From the NCBI GenBank assembly GCA_963667725.2, contig CAXXHO010000005.1, forward strand, positions 832,001 through 896,000: a stretch of DNA of 64,000 nt, read 5' to 3'. Positions 62,564 through 64,000 of this stretch are shown in pieces. The DNA is from Treponemataceae bacterium. GTDB taxonomy: Bacteria; Spirochaetota; Spirochaetia; Treponematales; Rectinemataceae. The position numbers and the translations under genes were made by a program. A model generated the notes under the pieces. It searched no databases. It had not been told where the DNA came from and saw only the letters and a list, made by a program, of their open reading frames with translations. Each line of letters begins with the position of its first letter. The stretch's first letter is position 1.

Positions 62564-64000
62564 ATGAGAAAAATGGCATTCCTAGCGCTGCTGACGGCCT
62601 TGCTCGCCCTCGCCGTCCCGCAGGTTTTCGCCGCCGGAGCGGAAAAAGTGCTCACGCTCGGCGTGGATCAGGAGGTTATCGGCCTCGATCCGAACATCGT
62701 GACATCCTTCTCCTCGCACAGGCGCGTGGACCTGCTCTACAACAAGCTCGTCAGGCATAACGAAAACCTGGAAATCGTGCCCGACCTCGCCGAAGACATC
62801 GACATTCCCAACAACGTCACCTACATCTTCAACCTCCGCAAGGGCGTCAAGTTCCACAACGGACAGGAAATGACGGCCGATGACGTCGTGTTTTCGCTGA
62901 ACAGGATCCTGGACACCAAGACAGCCTCGCCCGGCAGATCCTACCTCGCCACGGTCAAGTCGATCGAAAAACTCTCGGCCTATTCGGTGAAGGTTACGCT
63001 CCAGGCTCCTCTCGCTTCCTTCCTCGAAGGCCTCGCCTCCAACAACTGCGCCATCGTGTCCAAAGCGGCGGTCGAGCAGTACGGCAACCTTCAGAAAAAC
63101 GTCGTCGGAACCGGACCCTTCATGCTAAAGGAATGGACCCCCGACAACTCCATGACCCTGGTGAAGAACCCCGACTACTTCGAGAAGGGCGCGCCCTACC
63201 TCGATAAAGTCATCTTCAGGATCATCCCCGAGCAGGCATCCCTCCTCGCCGGCGTCAAGTCGGGAACCCTCGACATGGCCACCATCAACGACGGATCCAC
63301 CATCATGCTCGCCAAGCGGGACACTAACCTCGTCGTCATGCAGAAACCCGGCGTCAACGTCAGAACCTTCGGCTTCAACGTCACGCACAAACCCTTCGAC
63401 GATGAGCGCGTCCGCCAGGCCGTCTCCCTCGCGATCGACAGAAGCGAAGTCGTGGCCGTGGCCGAGTTCGGCATGGGCATGGCCTCTGGCCCGATCCCCG
63501 TCTCAGCCACCCAGTGGGCCCTCCCCCTCTCCAAGATTCCCTATTCCACGCCCGACTACGCCAAGGCCAAGGCCCTTCTCGCCCAGGCCGGCTATCCCAA
63601 CGGATTCACCTTCAAGATCGTCACCGCCAACTCCTACGAGGGCGGACTCTCGGTAGCCCAGGTCATCCAGGACCAGCTCAAGAAAATCGGCGTCACCGCC
63701 GAGCTCGAAGTGGTCGAATGGGGCATCTACATCGACCGCTGGGTGAAACGCACCTTCGACGCGATGGTCGAACTCCGCGGCGGCTCCAGCGAGCCCGACC
63801 GCTTCCTCTACAGGATGATCCACTCCACCGGCGGCGTGAACAATTTCGTGTTCAAGGACGCCGAAGTGGACGCCCTCCTCGACAAAGGCCGCGCGCTCAC
63901 GAAAGTATCCGAGCGCAAGCCCGTCTACGACCAGCTGCAGATTGCCCTCGCCACGAAGGCGCCCATCGTTTTCCTGTATTGCCCCCTCGAAACTCACGTC
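62564..64000 (+). CDS. Peptide/nickel-type ABC substrate-binding protein (family 5), partial; not in ORF track because it runs off the window
   Basis: GGAGG RBS; MRKMAFLALLTALLALAVPQVFA signal; PDLAE, LRKGVKFHNG, GTGPF, VRQA. Confidence 0.9.
   Translation, partial: MRKMAFLALLTALLALAVPQVFAAGAEKVLTLGVDQEVIGLDPNIVTSFSSHRRVDLLYNKLVRHNENLEIVPDLAEDIDIPNNVTYIFNLRKGVKFHNGQEMTADDVVFSLNRILDTKTASPGRSYLATVKSIEKLSAYSVKVTLQAPLASFLEGLASNNCAIVSKAAVEQYGNLQKNVVGTGPFMLKEWTPDNSMTLVKNPDYFEKGAPYLDKVIFRIIPEQASLLAGVKSGTLDMATINDGSTIMLAKRDTNLVVMQKPGVNVRTFGFNVTHKPFDDERVRQAVSLAIDRSEVVAVAEFGMGMASGPIPVSATQWALPLSKIPYSTPDYAKAKALLAQAGYPNGFTFKIVTANSYEGGLSVAQVIQDQLKKIGVTAELEVVEWGIYIDRWVKRTFDAMVELRGGSSEPDRFLYRMIHSTGGVNNFVFKDAEVDALLDKGRALTKVSERKPVYDQLQIALATKAPIVFLYCPLETHV

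Overview
GC-rich bacterial chromosome segment spanning the replication origin. The gene order (gyrB-gyrA divergent from dnaA-dnaN-recF-dciA-rpmH-rnpA-yidD-yidC-jag) and the lipoprotein signal peptides suggest a spirochaete (inference). Core content: bipartite oriC with DnaA boxes and DnaA-trios, two perfect parS sites, rnfCDGEAB, metK, tldD/pmbA, glgX, fabDGF, thyX, anmK, a cyclophilin and two ABC transporters. Two accessory regions stand out. (1) About 6.9-12.7 kb: one intact Ig-like + DUF3494 (ice-binding-like) lipoprotein, three decayed relatives, a Crp/Fnr regulator and a hybrid histidine kinase, linked by four copies of a TGTGCG-N4-CGCACA palindrome (candidate Crp/Fnr regulon). (2) About 48.7-55.4 kb: an XRE-ImmA/IrrE relic, several hypothetical genes and a stand-alone MORC-like GHKL ATPase. 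Also notable are a textbook sigma54 promoter in front of a group-2-like sigma factor, an NlpC/P60 peptidase fused to a probable beta-barrel, and a recurring leaderless-gene signature. All family assignments come from motif recognition by eye; no database search was run.
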